A stretch of DNA of 64,000 nucleotides from Vicugna vicugna (Eukaryota): NCBI GenBank assembly GCA_013265495.1, contig MU058337.1:2510686-2574685 (forward strand), written 5' to 3'. A program made the position numbers and the translations under genes. Shown one piece after another: positions 53,036 to 64,000 of this stretch. Positions within the stretch are counted from its first letter, which is position 1, and each line of letters begins with the position of its first letter. The notes under the pieces are model-generated. The model did no database searches. It had not been told where the DNA came from and saw only the letters and a list, made by a program, of their open reading frames with translations.

Positions 53036-54637
53036 CAGCAGTTTTCAATCTGTTTAGTCTTTAAATTCTGAGGAATTTTTGAAGATTCGAAGAACTTTTG
53101 CTTTCCTGAGTCACATCTACCAGTATTTACCACATTAGACGTTAAATCAGAAGGAAGTTTAAAAATATTTGTATGTCATTAAAATAACACTACAAAATGT
53201 GCTGTGTGATAATGTGATATGCATTCTTTAAAAATAATATTTTCCCAAAAAGTTGAGTAAGAAGAATGACATTGTTTTACATTTTAGTAAATCTCTTTGA
53301 TGACTGACCTAATATGAAGAACCTGTATTCTTCTGTCAGTTTCTGCAGTCAATATGTGGCAATTCTTGTTTTAAATTGTATGGGAAAAAATCTGATCTTG
53401 CACATATATGTAGGTGGAAAATTCTTTCAGATAATTGTGGATATTCTTTTTTTTTGGTCTTTTTTTAATGAATGTATAGTTGATAGAAGTCAGTCAGAGA
53501 GAGAAAGATGAATATCATATGATATCATTTATATGTGGAGTCTAAAATAATGGCACAAACAAACTTATTTACAAAACAGAAACAGACAAACATAGAAAAG
53601 AAGCCTATGGTTACCAGTGGGGAGGGAGGGGGAGGAATAAATTAGGAGCCTGGGATTTGCGGATACAAACTGCTGTATATAAAACAGACGAATAACAAGG
53701 TCCACCTGTTTAGCATAGGGTATTCTTTCTGACATCACACCAAAACTTGACAAGTGGAATTAAAAAAAAATGTTCATTGCAATGTGTAATCTGAAAGCAC
53801 ATTAATAAAAGTTTAAACTGCTTTACATGAAAAGACAACGTTCTCTCTTGCACTTTGAATAAATCTTTTACCCAACAATGATTTTACACCATCATGTACC
53901 AGGCATTTGGAGTATTGGTTCATGACCGATGCAGATTTTCCAAACTGGGATACAATTTACTGTTTCATATAAAACAAGAATCACATTCACTTTCTCATCA
54001 GAAAAGCCTGTAAGTATTGGAAGGTTGTAAAGCTTATGTTGATAAACAGAAGTGTTCTAAGATTCTGATTAGTCTTCGAAAATTTGTATTTTTATCATTG
54101 GCAACAGCTACTGTGAGTTGCTTTCCTGCAAAGTGATAGATTCACTTCATTCAATTTTTAGAAGGTCTGCCAAGTACCCAAATGTGACCAACCTTCTTTT
54201 TCCCTGAGTGGTTCTTTCAAGTAAAAGTGGTTCCATAAGGAGAGAACAGGTAATTAGTGATTTTCCCCAAGAAAATCGTTGCACACCTGTAGGCAGCAAA
54301 TTCAGATTCTTTCCATTTTCCCACACTTTTCTAGGTAACATAAGGAAACATATATGTATGCTTAAAGGTTAATTGCATTATTTACACAATTAACCATTAT
54401 GTTAACTGGCACCTTGGTTTTTCCTGGGAGCAGGAGGGGTGACAAATGGAACGTGTTTAATACAATTGGGCATCACTTTTCCGACTCCCACAAATGTACC
54501 ACCACTAAACATAGCCACACAGTGAACAGCACAAATGATGTCTTAGTTTTATCATGAAAATAGTTTTAACCTACAGACTCTTCAGATGGTTTTGAGGAAT
54601 TTCCCAGGGGTCCCAAACCACACTTTGAAGACCACAG
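53036..54637 (-). mobile_element. Charlie1a-type non-autonomous hAT element with both termini, interrupted by L1
   Basis: Left end cagcagttttcaa; right end ccaggggtcccaaaccacactttgaagaccacag; internal homology to 6158-7087 and 25365-26245. Confidence 0.85.
53450..53720 (-). mobile_element. Twin-primed L1 insertion: minus-strand 3' terminus 53450-53484 plus inverted 3'UTR segment 53485-53720
   Basis: Poly(T)...aatgaatgtatagttgat is the reverse complement of the L1 terminus; next segment reads as plus-strand L1 3'UTR; TSD tattcttt at 53442-53449 and 53721-53728. Confidence 0.88.
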
Positions 54638-56371
54638 CCATGGAGCAACAGGAACATGGACACAGAAGGGCCATGTATTTTGACATGCCTTCCATTTCCC
54701 CTCTCACCAAGGCTGTCTCTGATTTTAACCGTCTCTTCTACAGTACGATGGTGAGTGCAATGACTGAGAACAATATTGATTTTTTTCTCCCATTAAGTTC
54801 TAATCATGGGCTTGAAAACTACGAATTTTTTTTTTACTTTTTTGTCTTTTATCTTAGAACCAGCCCACTCAGACCGCCATGTTGATGTAGCTGCTGTCTT
54901 TGTAACGTAAGTTACAGACTCTGCCCCGAACACCACTTCTGTTAGATTCTCTGAAAACCCAAATTTACTAAAAAATTATGTCCCTGGTATTGTCACATTA
55001 TCTACCTCAAAGTTGTGATGATCTTAATGAAAGGATGCATGAAAAGCTCTTGAAATGTGCCCGAAACACCTCAAATGTGTCCTCCCCCCCCCACTCGCTC
55101 CACCTGCTCCTCTTCCTTCTCCATTCCTGCGCGTCCCCAGAACTCGGCACAGCGACTGGCACGTGGAAGGCGACTTCTGAATGTAGCTGGGTCTCAACTT
55201 GTCTACATCTTGTTCTCACATCTTTGTTGTAAAAAGGCGGGGTCTTCTTGGATTTTGGCAATGTGGCTTTCTTTCCCTTATTTTTGCAACTCGAATAATG
55301 ACCCATTATACTCCAAAGTTCATGACCTGGATTTTATTTTTGATGCTAACTATACTTAGGCACCGTTAGATACAAATAGAACAAAGGATCATAAATGTAT
55401 TTTCAGAAAGTAAGTTGAAAAGCAAAATAATGATTTCTACCCAGGATGCCACAAGTTTGGGATCTTTGGACAAGCATTTCACTTACCCTGAGATTTTATA
55501 TGTGCTTTTTATGGTCTTGTCTTTAAGAGGTTTTATATGAAAGGCCCTCTGACAGTTTTCAATACTTCAGAAGTCAGAAAGGGTTGTGTGTGTGTATATG
55601 CTTTTCACTTGAGTGATGAGGAATTCTAAATGTATGTTTGTGCCTGTGAATATATGCATTTTTATAATGCAGGAACATGAGTAATGCCAATGGAAAACAA
55701 AATTAGTTTATTGACATAATATTAATTCTGGAACTAACTTATTCTCTTCAGGCCTTTTACAAACACAGTTACCGATGTATCATGACCCAGAGGAAGAAGG
55801 CATTTTGCAGGATGAATAGTATATGTGAAATTTGTTCTTAAATAACTGCTTTTGGAAGAGTGAAGAGACACCTAAAAAATTCAAGTGGAAGAAGAAATAT
55901 TTTAGAGCAATGCTAAGCATTTATTTTCAAAAAAGATATAGCTGAGATAAAAAGGAAATTATTTAAATACAACTATATATGTAAATTGCCAACTGACCTG
56001 CACCTCAATTTCAGTGTATATGTTGTGTGTTTTCATAATAAAATGTCAATTCATCTGATTTTGGTTATATTTTTGGTAGACATTTTTATATTACCTATAG
56101 ATTGGACTCCAAAGTCATAAGGACAAAGTATATTCAAAAGCAGCTGATTTTATAGAGATTAGCACCATTTTTTTTTCTGTAGCACCGTTAACCTCACCTA
56201 TAAAACACATAGGTCACAGAGAGAAAAGAGCAGCTCACAAGATGAGACTGAACTCTTTGACGTAATACAGAGAATGTGTGCTTTGGAATCAGTGAGATTA
56301 AATTCAAAATCTTGTCCTGATGTCCTGAAAATTTACCCTCTTAGACCGATTATGAAGAGTAAAGAAACAAG

Positions 56372-56757
56372 GACCCAGAGATGATCATACCAAATGAAGT
56401 AAGTCAGAAAAAGACAAATACCATATGGTCTCACTTCTGTGTGGAATCTAAAAAAAAAAATGATACAAAGGAATTTATTTACAAAACAGAAAGACTTGCA
56501 AACATAGACAACAAACTTACAGTTACCAAAGGGGAAAGCAAGGGGGAGGGATAAATTAGGAGTTTGGGATTAACAGATACACATTACTATATATGAAATA
56601 GATAAAAAGGACCTACTTTACAGCATGGGGAATTATATTCATTATCTTTTAGTAACCTAGGATGGAAAGGAATCTGAAAAAGAATGTAGTCACTTTGCTT
56701 GCACCTGAAACTGACACAACATTGTAAATCAATTACACTGCTTTTTTTTTTTTTAAA
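56372..56757 (+). mobile_element. L1 3'UTR fragment (artiodactyl type) within a MIR remnant
   Basis: gaagtaagtcag...tgtggaatctaaaaaa...aggagtttgggattaacagatacaca...cctgaaactgacacaacattgtaaatcaa. Confidence 0.9.
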
Positions 56758-56959
56758 TGAGAATAAAGCTTCTGGCACTTAGCAAATATTCAGTAATAAT
56801 TTGCTTCTTTTAGTTACGTCTCGGCCTCACACGTATTTGCAATCTTAATTTCTGAGTGACCTATTGTAAGCTCTATTCAGTTTGTCCTTATTCCTTCAGA
56901 AAATTTCCTTCACCTCTGACAACCTAAAATCATGTCTAATTGCCACTGTCTGAGTGTGC

Positions 56960-57780
56960 CATTCTTTAGCCTGTCCTGTGTCAGAGGATTTCTAGACTGT
57001 TTAAGATTTTCCAATACTCCAAACACCCTCACAGTGAACATCCTTCAGCGTGTGTATTTTCACACGTGTGCCGTTATGTCAATCAGATAAATTCTTGAAA
57101 GTAGATCTTGGTTGGCCATTGATTTCCTTAATTATATTTTGATTCATTTGTTGAAAGTGCCCTCCAAAATTCTGATGGCTTGCCCTGCTCTTAAATAGTG
57201 CATGATTTCTGTTTTTTCACCCTTTGGAAGATTTCAGACACCTTTTTGCAAAGACTTGCTATTACTATGTTTTCTAGGATATTTAAATATTTGCTCATCT
57301 AAGAGGCAAATAGATTTTTAATTTAAAAAAAGTTTCCCTCCTTCTTTGACTACTACTAAGGTTAAACATCTTTTTATATGACATTAACTTTACTTTTCTT
57401 TGGGATAATGTTGCTCATATTCTTTGCTCACTTTTATATTAATTATTCATTCTTAATTGCTTTGTAAGATTTTTTTCATATTAGAGATATGATGGTTTGT
57501 CATATCTATTTTATACATTAAATTTATTTTTAAAACTGTGATCTTTTAACATTGATCATGATTTTTGATAGAAATTACATTTTTGTTTTATGAGGTTAGA
57601 ATTGTAAAGTATGTTCTAATTTGTCTGTGCCTAATTTTTTTATTATGCATTTATTCATTCAATATTCCAGCCATTTGGAATTGTTTGGATGTTTGATGTT
57701 AGGTAATGAAGTTTTTGTATTTCTCAGATGTTCTATATTTCTAAGACCATTTTTTGATCAATTATTTTTTTTGTCTCCTC
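56960..57780 (-). mobile_element. Very old L1M (L1ME-like) fragment
   Basis: cagtgaacatcctt, gataaattcttgaaagtaga, aggttaaacatctttttatatg, ccatttggaatt. Confidence 0.65.
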
Positions 57781-57914
57781 AAAATAAAAATGAATTTTGA
57801 AGGCTATCTAGTATAATTTTTGGAATTTTCATTTAGATCTTTTACCAGAATTCTCTCAGCAGATTGCTTTATCAAAAAATTAAGAGCATTTTCTACATTT
57901 ATACTACAGTGTTT

Positions 57915-58455
57915 ATTATCTTTTTCTGCAAATATGTGGATCATTTGTCATTGTCAGGATGCTATGCTAGGTACCATGGTCAGGAAAAACAGAGGAGTAG
58001 AGAGGTAGATAAAATGTAGTCCTTCTTCTCCCTGACAAATCCCCATTTGGGAGATACCAAACACAGGATCATAAACAATTCAAAGGAAATACACATACAT
58101 CCTACTGAGATTCAGGAAAAGAAGATCATATGCTTTGATGATAAGAAAAAGGCATTTAATGTGAATCCTAAGCTCCAAGTATAAAAATTAGAATTGAGGA
58201 AAGAAATTCTAGTTGGAGGAAATGGTGTAAAGGACTAAGAGGAAAATGACAGATATGTTCTTAAAAACAAAACCAAACCTAGATTATCTCTGCACTCTGA
58301 GAGATTAGGGGCAGAGAAATCCTAATAGAAAGTCTGGGGCAAAGGCTTGAGGGCTTTTTTATGAATGCCAGATTTAGTTCAAGATTAATCAGTGAATGGG
58401 AAATCATGAAAGTTTTATGACAAGAATTTTGATATGATCAGATTAACACTTAAGA
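57915..58455 (-). mobile_element. L2 fragment (degraded)
   Basis: tgtcaggatgctatgctaggtacc, ggaaagaaattctag, gatatgatcagatt. Confidence 0.55.
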
Positions 58456-60677
58456 CTAGTGTCGATTATGAAACAGTTTGCAAGACCTGCATAGACTCCT
58501 AGCAAACAAATCAAAACGTGACATTTTGAGTGCCTTGGTGACATCTATCATCCTTTTCTTTATAAACAAAAAAATACCTGATTTTAAGACAATCCAATAT
58601 GAAGAAAACTCATCAGTAAAAGAAGATTTGTCAGTGTTCCTTAAAATTTAGACATCAATTGCCCTTTAGCGAATCACATATATGTCATATCAATATTGGA
58701 ATCAATAATTCAAAAATAATGAAATATAACAACTAAAGTGTATTTTAAGTTAAAGAAAATATAGGTGTCATATCAATGCAAGAGATGTCATTATTTATAA
58801 CAAATATCTTTGTCAGTGGTGTTAGTCAATTGACTAAATAATAATTCACAATAAGACATAACAAAACAAACAAAAAAGATTTTTATACAAAGAAGTTTTA
58901 GTGCAAAAAGTTATTGAGTGCTTTCTCCTTAAAATGTTCTGCACGTATCAGGACTTAATTAACATTCCTAATATACATTATTTTATTTGACTTTAAAATG
59001 TATGCTAACATGAAGGAGTATAGTAGCTCATTTTTCATATTGTGTGCAATTAATTTTATGTTATGTCTAACATTGCAAGTTGATTAAAGAATTTTGCTAA
59101 GAGCCTTTTCTTCTGATTTCAAAAGGTATGTATTTACCATTAACTTCTCAGAAACATTGTGAACTTGTGCCTGTCTTAATTATCTGGACAGTGCCTTTGT
59201 AGCTCTGCTGTCTTCTATATCTTCAATGATAAAATTAGTTTTATATGAGAAATGCCATTTTTAACTTATTCTTGGAAAACAATCGATTTATTTTTTTATG
59301 AAAATGCAAGCTGCAATGGATTCCTGTTTCTGTTCAACAAAATTTTATAGCACAGACTGTACTGGCGCTCACTGAGCAGATAATCCCCAGGTCTCACATG
59401 TTTCATCCCTCCCATGTGCTTTTTATCCACGCGTTGGTTTCCCAGATGTTTGCATAGAACCATCACACTCAGCTACTGACTTTATCTCACCCTGTTCAGA
59501 TTCACAGTCCTCATTTGCTGTAGAGTTACTTTATTACTCTTATTTCATGGTGAAGAATAGTAAATTGCTAGTCTTATCAGTATTTTGTGCTTTAATTAAC
59601 CACTTGTGAAGGATGTACTTTTTTTGGTGAACATAACAAACAATAATAAGGAAAATACGTATTTAAGAAACTAAACAATGACATCCAAATTATATTTTAA
59701 AATAGTCACCAAAGCAGACATACTGTTAGTTCAGTATTTGTCAAGAACTGAGCAATGTGGCTCTTGTAGCTCAAGTATAACCTTACAGAGCACGACAGGG
59801 TTTGAAATGTAATTAATTTATCTCTGAAAAATGTAACTAAACTTTAATTCCACAATATTAAATGAAAACAGGGATGTGTTTTTATCTGTTTTTTTTTTTT
59901 TTCTTCAGAAACCAAGAGTTTCCTTCTGAGAGTAATTTGAGAAGCAGTACTGGACTTTTATTCTCCCTTCAGTTTTGTTATCCACCTGCTGCTGTAACTT
60001 CCTTTATGATATTAAACGTGACAGCCAGTCCACTCTTTCTCTGCCGCTGGTGGAGGTCTGAAGGCTTGCCTTCCGCCTCCATATGCACTTGTGTCATTCT
60101 CTTGGAATGACTGAACCAGAGGTGGTAGATGCCTTCCAGGAATTCAGAAACTTAAATAACAATGAGCATGTTGGAGGTGCTAAGGTAGCAATTCTAGATC
60201 TGGGAGCCACACCCTTCTCAAGAAGTAAAAACCATTAGCCTCCAGTTCCCTTCACTGACTGGACGTAGGATGGATTATAGGGAAGAGGGAGCAATGACAA
60301 GGAAATCTAAGTGTCATGAAACACTGATCTCTCACTATATCCACTAAAAGTTGAAATTTGTTTTTTGCTGCAAGTGATTGTGTAACAATTTTCCCTTAGC
60401 TGTACAATAATACGTTTCCTTTTATTTATGAGATCTGGGTTTCACTGAGTAACTTATTTATTATCTTATTTTTACTTTTTAGACAACTCATGAGTAGAAA
60501 ATAAAGTTGAGTGTTGAAGGAATATGTCAGTTACTAAAATCAGGACTTGATGTCTTAGCATATAGGTCATCACTGGATGTAATTTCTCCAGTGACATAAA
60601 GATCAAGGTATGATCAGAACTGAGTCAGCAGAATAGGCATGCTGCCCCTTCTGGGAATCCCATTTGGTGCCACACAA

Positions 60678-60803
60678 ATGCAGATGTTAACGGGGGAGGG
60701 GGACTGGATGTAAAGTATATGGGAACAATCTGTGCTATCTTTACAACCTTTTGGTAAATCTAAAACTATTCTAAAATTTTTAAAAAGTTTATTAAAAAAA
60801 AAA
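60678..60803 (+). mobile_element. L1M (L1MC/MD-like) 3' terminus with A tail
   Basis: gatgttaac...tatatgggaac...tctgtgctatctttacaac...gtaaatctaaaactattctaaaa plus A run. Confidence 0.8.
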
Positions 60804-61957
60804 CGAGTTGAGTCCGCAGATACTCAGGATTTGCTTCTGCCTTAAGTTGACAGAGAGACAATAGGCAGAAATGAGAACACCCAGGAGACAGGTGTAGCTA
60901 TACCAAATGAAACCCCAAGAGCTAAAGTGGACGATAGAAAATCACCCCTAAGAACTTGGAGGCACCAAGGAGATGGGAATGGAAATGGAATTCGAAGACA
61001 AGTAATACGCAGTGTTGAGCATCGCAGGTGGGTGCCAAGTCTAGGTGTGAGTTCCAGAAGTGAAAATGGATAGAAAAAATCAGACAGGGAAGAGCCAGAC
61101 AGAGGAATGGGAATGCGGGAGGAAAGCTTTTCCAAGTGGATCTCGATGGGTGAGTGTTTCCAGATGGTGCTGGACTAGATTTAGTCGGTTGTTTGTTCTT
61201 GGCTTGTTCCAGTTGTAAAGAGCTTCTATCCTGGTCTCTAAGGAGTGTTTGATTCAACTTCTAATAATTGAACTTGTAGGTCAGGGATGAAAAGACTGTG
61301 GGAAAGCCTGTTAGAGATGAGATGAAGAGGACTTGAAAAAGGCAGAGCGTGAGTAATCAACAGAGGGAATAACAAAGCAGAAACAGACGCAAGGAACATC
61401 TAGAAGGCAGAGTTAGGAGACCTGAGTAAGTGATTGCATACAAAGGGTATGGAAAGAGAGCAATTCTGCAAGATTCTGAGCTTGAATGGTGGGGACATGA
61501 CGGTGAGAAGGAAGAGAAGGCATTTTGATTCAGACATGCTTTTCCAGGCTGGGGCGTCTGCAAGTCATTTGAGGATATGGGTTGAGAACACTGGAAGGAA
61601 TCAGGGTTGAAGACACTAATGTGTACAGAAGTAAAGGTGCACGATTAGGAGTGGGTGAGTTTATTCAGAGTTCTACTGCAGGAAGCTGACCTAGGCCAGA
61701 ATTCTGGAAAACATTTAGGGGCTAGACATATGAGGAAAAGCCCGTTGATGAGACAGAAGACTTGGCAGTCAAAGGAGTGGGAGACTCCAGAAGATGCAGT
61801 CACTATGAGTTTACGGAGAAGTTTCCACAGCTTTCCTTTCTCAGGAGCTGGAATAACTTTGGGGTGAGGTGCCCGTGGTTTTGCGTGAAGTCTCTCACTG
61901 TAAGCGTTAGTGTGAAAGGGAAGCAGTTATACATGGTGATTGTATATATCATCACCA

Positions 61958-62003
61958 TATTATTATTATTATTATTATTATTATTACTACTATTACTGTT
62001 ATT
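61958..62003. repeat. (TAT)n trinucleotide microsatellite
   Basis: Read directly; degenerates to TAC/TGT units. Confidence 0.95.
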
Positions 62004-63638
62004 CCAAGGATACAGCATTTAAGCATAAAATATGAAACAAACATCATCTGATATAGTTTGCAAACGTGATGGATTCAAAAATTGCCCCACCAATGCAGTG
62101 GATTTTTAATGTATCTCTTACCAGTGATAAACGTGTTGCTTCTCTCTTCCCCTCAGGCAAGACCAGGTTCATGTGTCTTCACCCCTTCCCCCCAAACTAG
62201 AGCCTCCTGTGTTTTATCGGGGAGTGGATGGTATGTCTAATTCCTGGTGTTAACATTTACCAATACTTCCCAGTTGTAAATATAAAATTCTGAAACTAAA
62301 CTTGAATATTTATTCAGTAAGAGGCAAAGGTGCCCCTGAGGATTCGCTAGTCTCTGAAGAGGATCCGTGCTAGACAGAGGGGATGGTGTGGGGAAAAAGC
62401 AGGGGAGGGCCGTGCCAGGTGAGCTCTGAGAAGAAGGAAGAGGTGGAGGAGGCAGGGCCTAGATTGGAGCCTAGACCCTGAGGACTAGCGACAGAGCCTT
62501 GAGGAAAGTTTCTGGGTGAAAGCTAAACTGGCATTAGCAGCCTTTATTCTAAAGACCTAAGACAGTAAACTGCAAAATGAGATACGTAAAAGCCGTCTTT
62601 CCATCAGTTCTGCATCGATTCACTGTCCAATAGAAAGATGCAAATACAACACTCGCTTTGTTCTCCCCTTTATTAAATACCAGGAAAGCTTTGGAACCCA
62701 GAAGGCCACATCCAACTCCTAGAAGACCCTTGTCCCTACCGCTTTATGCCCAGTTAGGCAGGCAGGTGATACTTTGGAAAGTTAAAAGATTCAGAAAAGA
62801 AACTCTTTTTGGAGAAACAAGTAAACAAAGGGGTTTTCTCTCTTCCTGTTTCCCGCGTTACCATCTCATAATTTCTATCACATGAAAGGCATTTCCAGTA
62901 GTTTTGGTTCACACATACCAAATCTGTTAGGTTTTACTGAGTTGCCGATACCAAATTTAGAAACATGTGTAAAATGACCTGCATGAATTGAATCTTATGT
63001 AAACACTAAATTTAGATAGTTGTGCAGAACATAAGGTCTTGAGTATATTTGGGTAGGATAAACAGGAACCCCAATCCACCGTTCTCCACTCTGATTTTTG
63101 TGTTTCTTGATAATATTATTTCCTTGGCACACATGTCATCCTGTTTCTCATAGGAAGCAGCTCTATTTTTTCGCTGACGCTCCCGCTCACCAGCAGTCAT
63201 TAATTTACTGATACCCTGTCTATCAGGCCCACATCGTCTTGATTAGGGCTGTTATCCTAATCAAAAGGCTGATAATTAAGACTATCCATCTGTAGAGTTC
63301 TAAGTGCTAAGAAGCTGAAGATCCTAATTAAGATTATTTAGGTGTTACTTAAATGCCATCATTTGGTTCAGCTAATCATACCAGCAGGTACATTAGATTT
63401 GCATTAATGTTCTGCTGAAGCCAGCAGCTCTTTCGGCAGATCAAAAATGTAGATTGCAGACGCCCTTTCAAACATCTTTATTTGAAAACGATACTGAGAC
63501 AATGCGTGAAGATGAGCAGGATGCTAGACCCGCTCCATGATATCAGTGTTTCCTAATTTACTCTATGGTAATAAGTGGGGTATTTAAAATAAACAGCCTA
63601 TTTATTGAATTTGCTGTGTATTTTTTTTTATCACCTTG

Positions 63639-63668
63639 CACACACTCTCTCTCTCTCACACACACACA
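63639..63668. repeat. Compound (CA)/(CT) microsatellite
   Basis: Read directly. Confidence 0.85.
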
Positions 63669-64000
63669 AAGGCCACAGTGATTCACTTCTTACCCTCACT
63701 TCCCATTTTGTCACAGAAACCTACTGTCAGGTACTGAAAGAGGGCACACTCAGGTTCCTAAACAGCAAAGCTTACGGACACTAGAGGATTTTTGTTCCAA
63801 TTAATGCCTGAGGCTGCATTGAGCACGAGGAAGTAAAAGAATTACTCATTTTGTTTTTAAAAGTCACATTCACATCCAATTATACTCTAATGTAAACAAT
63901 CAAGAAAATTAGTAAAGTATAATTCATTAATACCTTGTTTTCTATTACTTTATCCTTGGTTAATGGAAGATACAAAATATATTACTGTGTTTGAAATATG

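Noticed and set aside
61762..62022. Poly-Leu / poly-Asn ORFs
   Set aside because: These are translations of the (TAT)n microsatellite.
1..64000. ORF-track entries as protein-coding genes
   Set aside because: All are short (137 aa or less), many overlap repeats or low-complexity sequence, and none resembles a protein I know except the L1 ORF2 remnant.

Overview
AT-rich mammalian non-coding DNA (large intron or intergenic). Three tRNA-derived vic-1-type SINEs point to a camelid (alpaca/vicuna/camel). I recognise no host protein-coding gene. The ORF track is background noise except for a LINE-1 ORF2 C-terminal remnant (41538-41845, minus). The window is a mosaic of eutherian repeats: L1, L2, MIR, hAT-Charlie1/MER20/MER5, MaLR MLT1, LTR16 and an ERV solo LTR. 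Family names come from my recollection of consensus sequences, not a database search. The most interesting sequence-level observations are: (i) two ~160-bp L1-3'-like retroposed elements with the same 5' end but separate target-site duplications, a possible short non-autonomous retroposon family; (ii) an 85-bp locally templated insertion flanked by a short direct repeat; (iii) a near-perfect 131-bp tandem duplication; (iv) two twin-primed (5'-inverted) L1 insertions; (v) a nested TE stack of four elements; (vi) several repeat-free, motif-dense blocks that could be conserved enhancers. I found no evidence for a novel multi-gene system.
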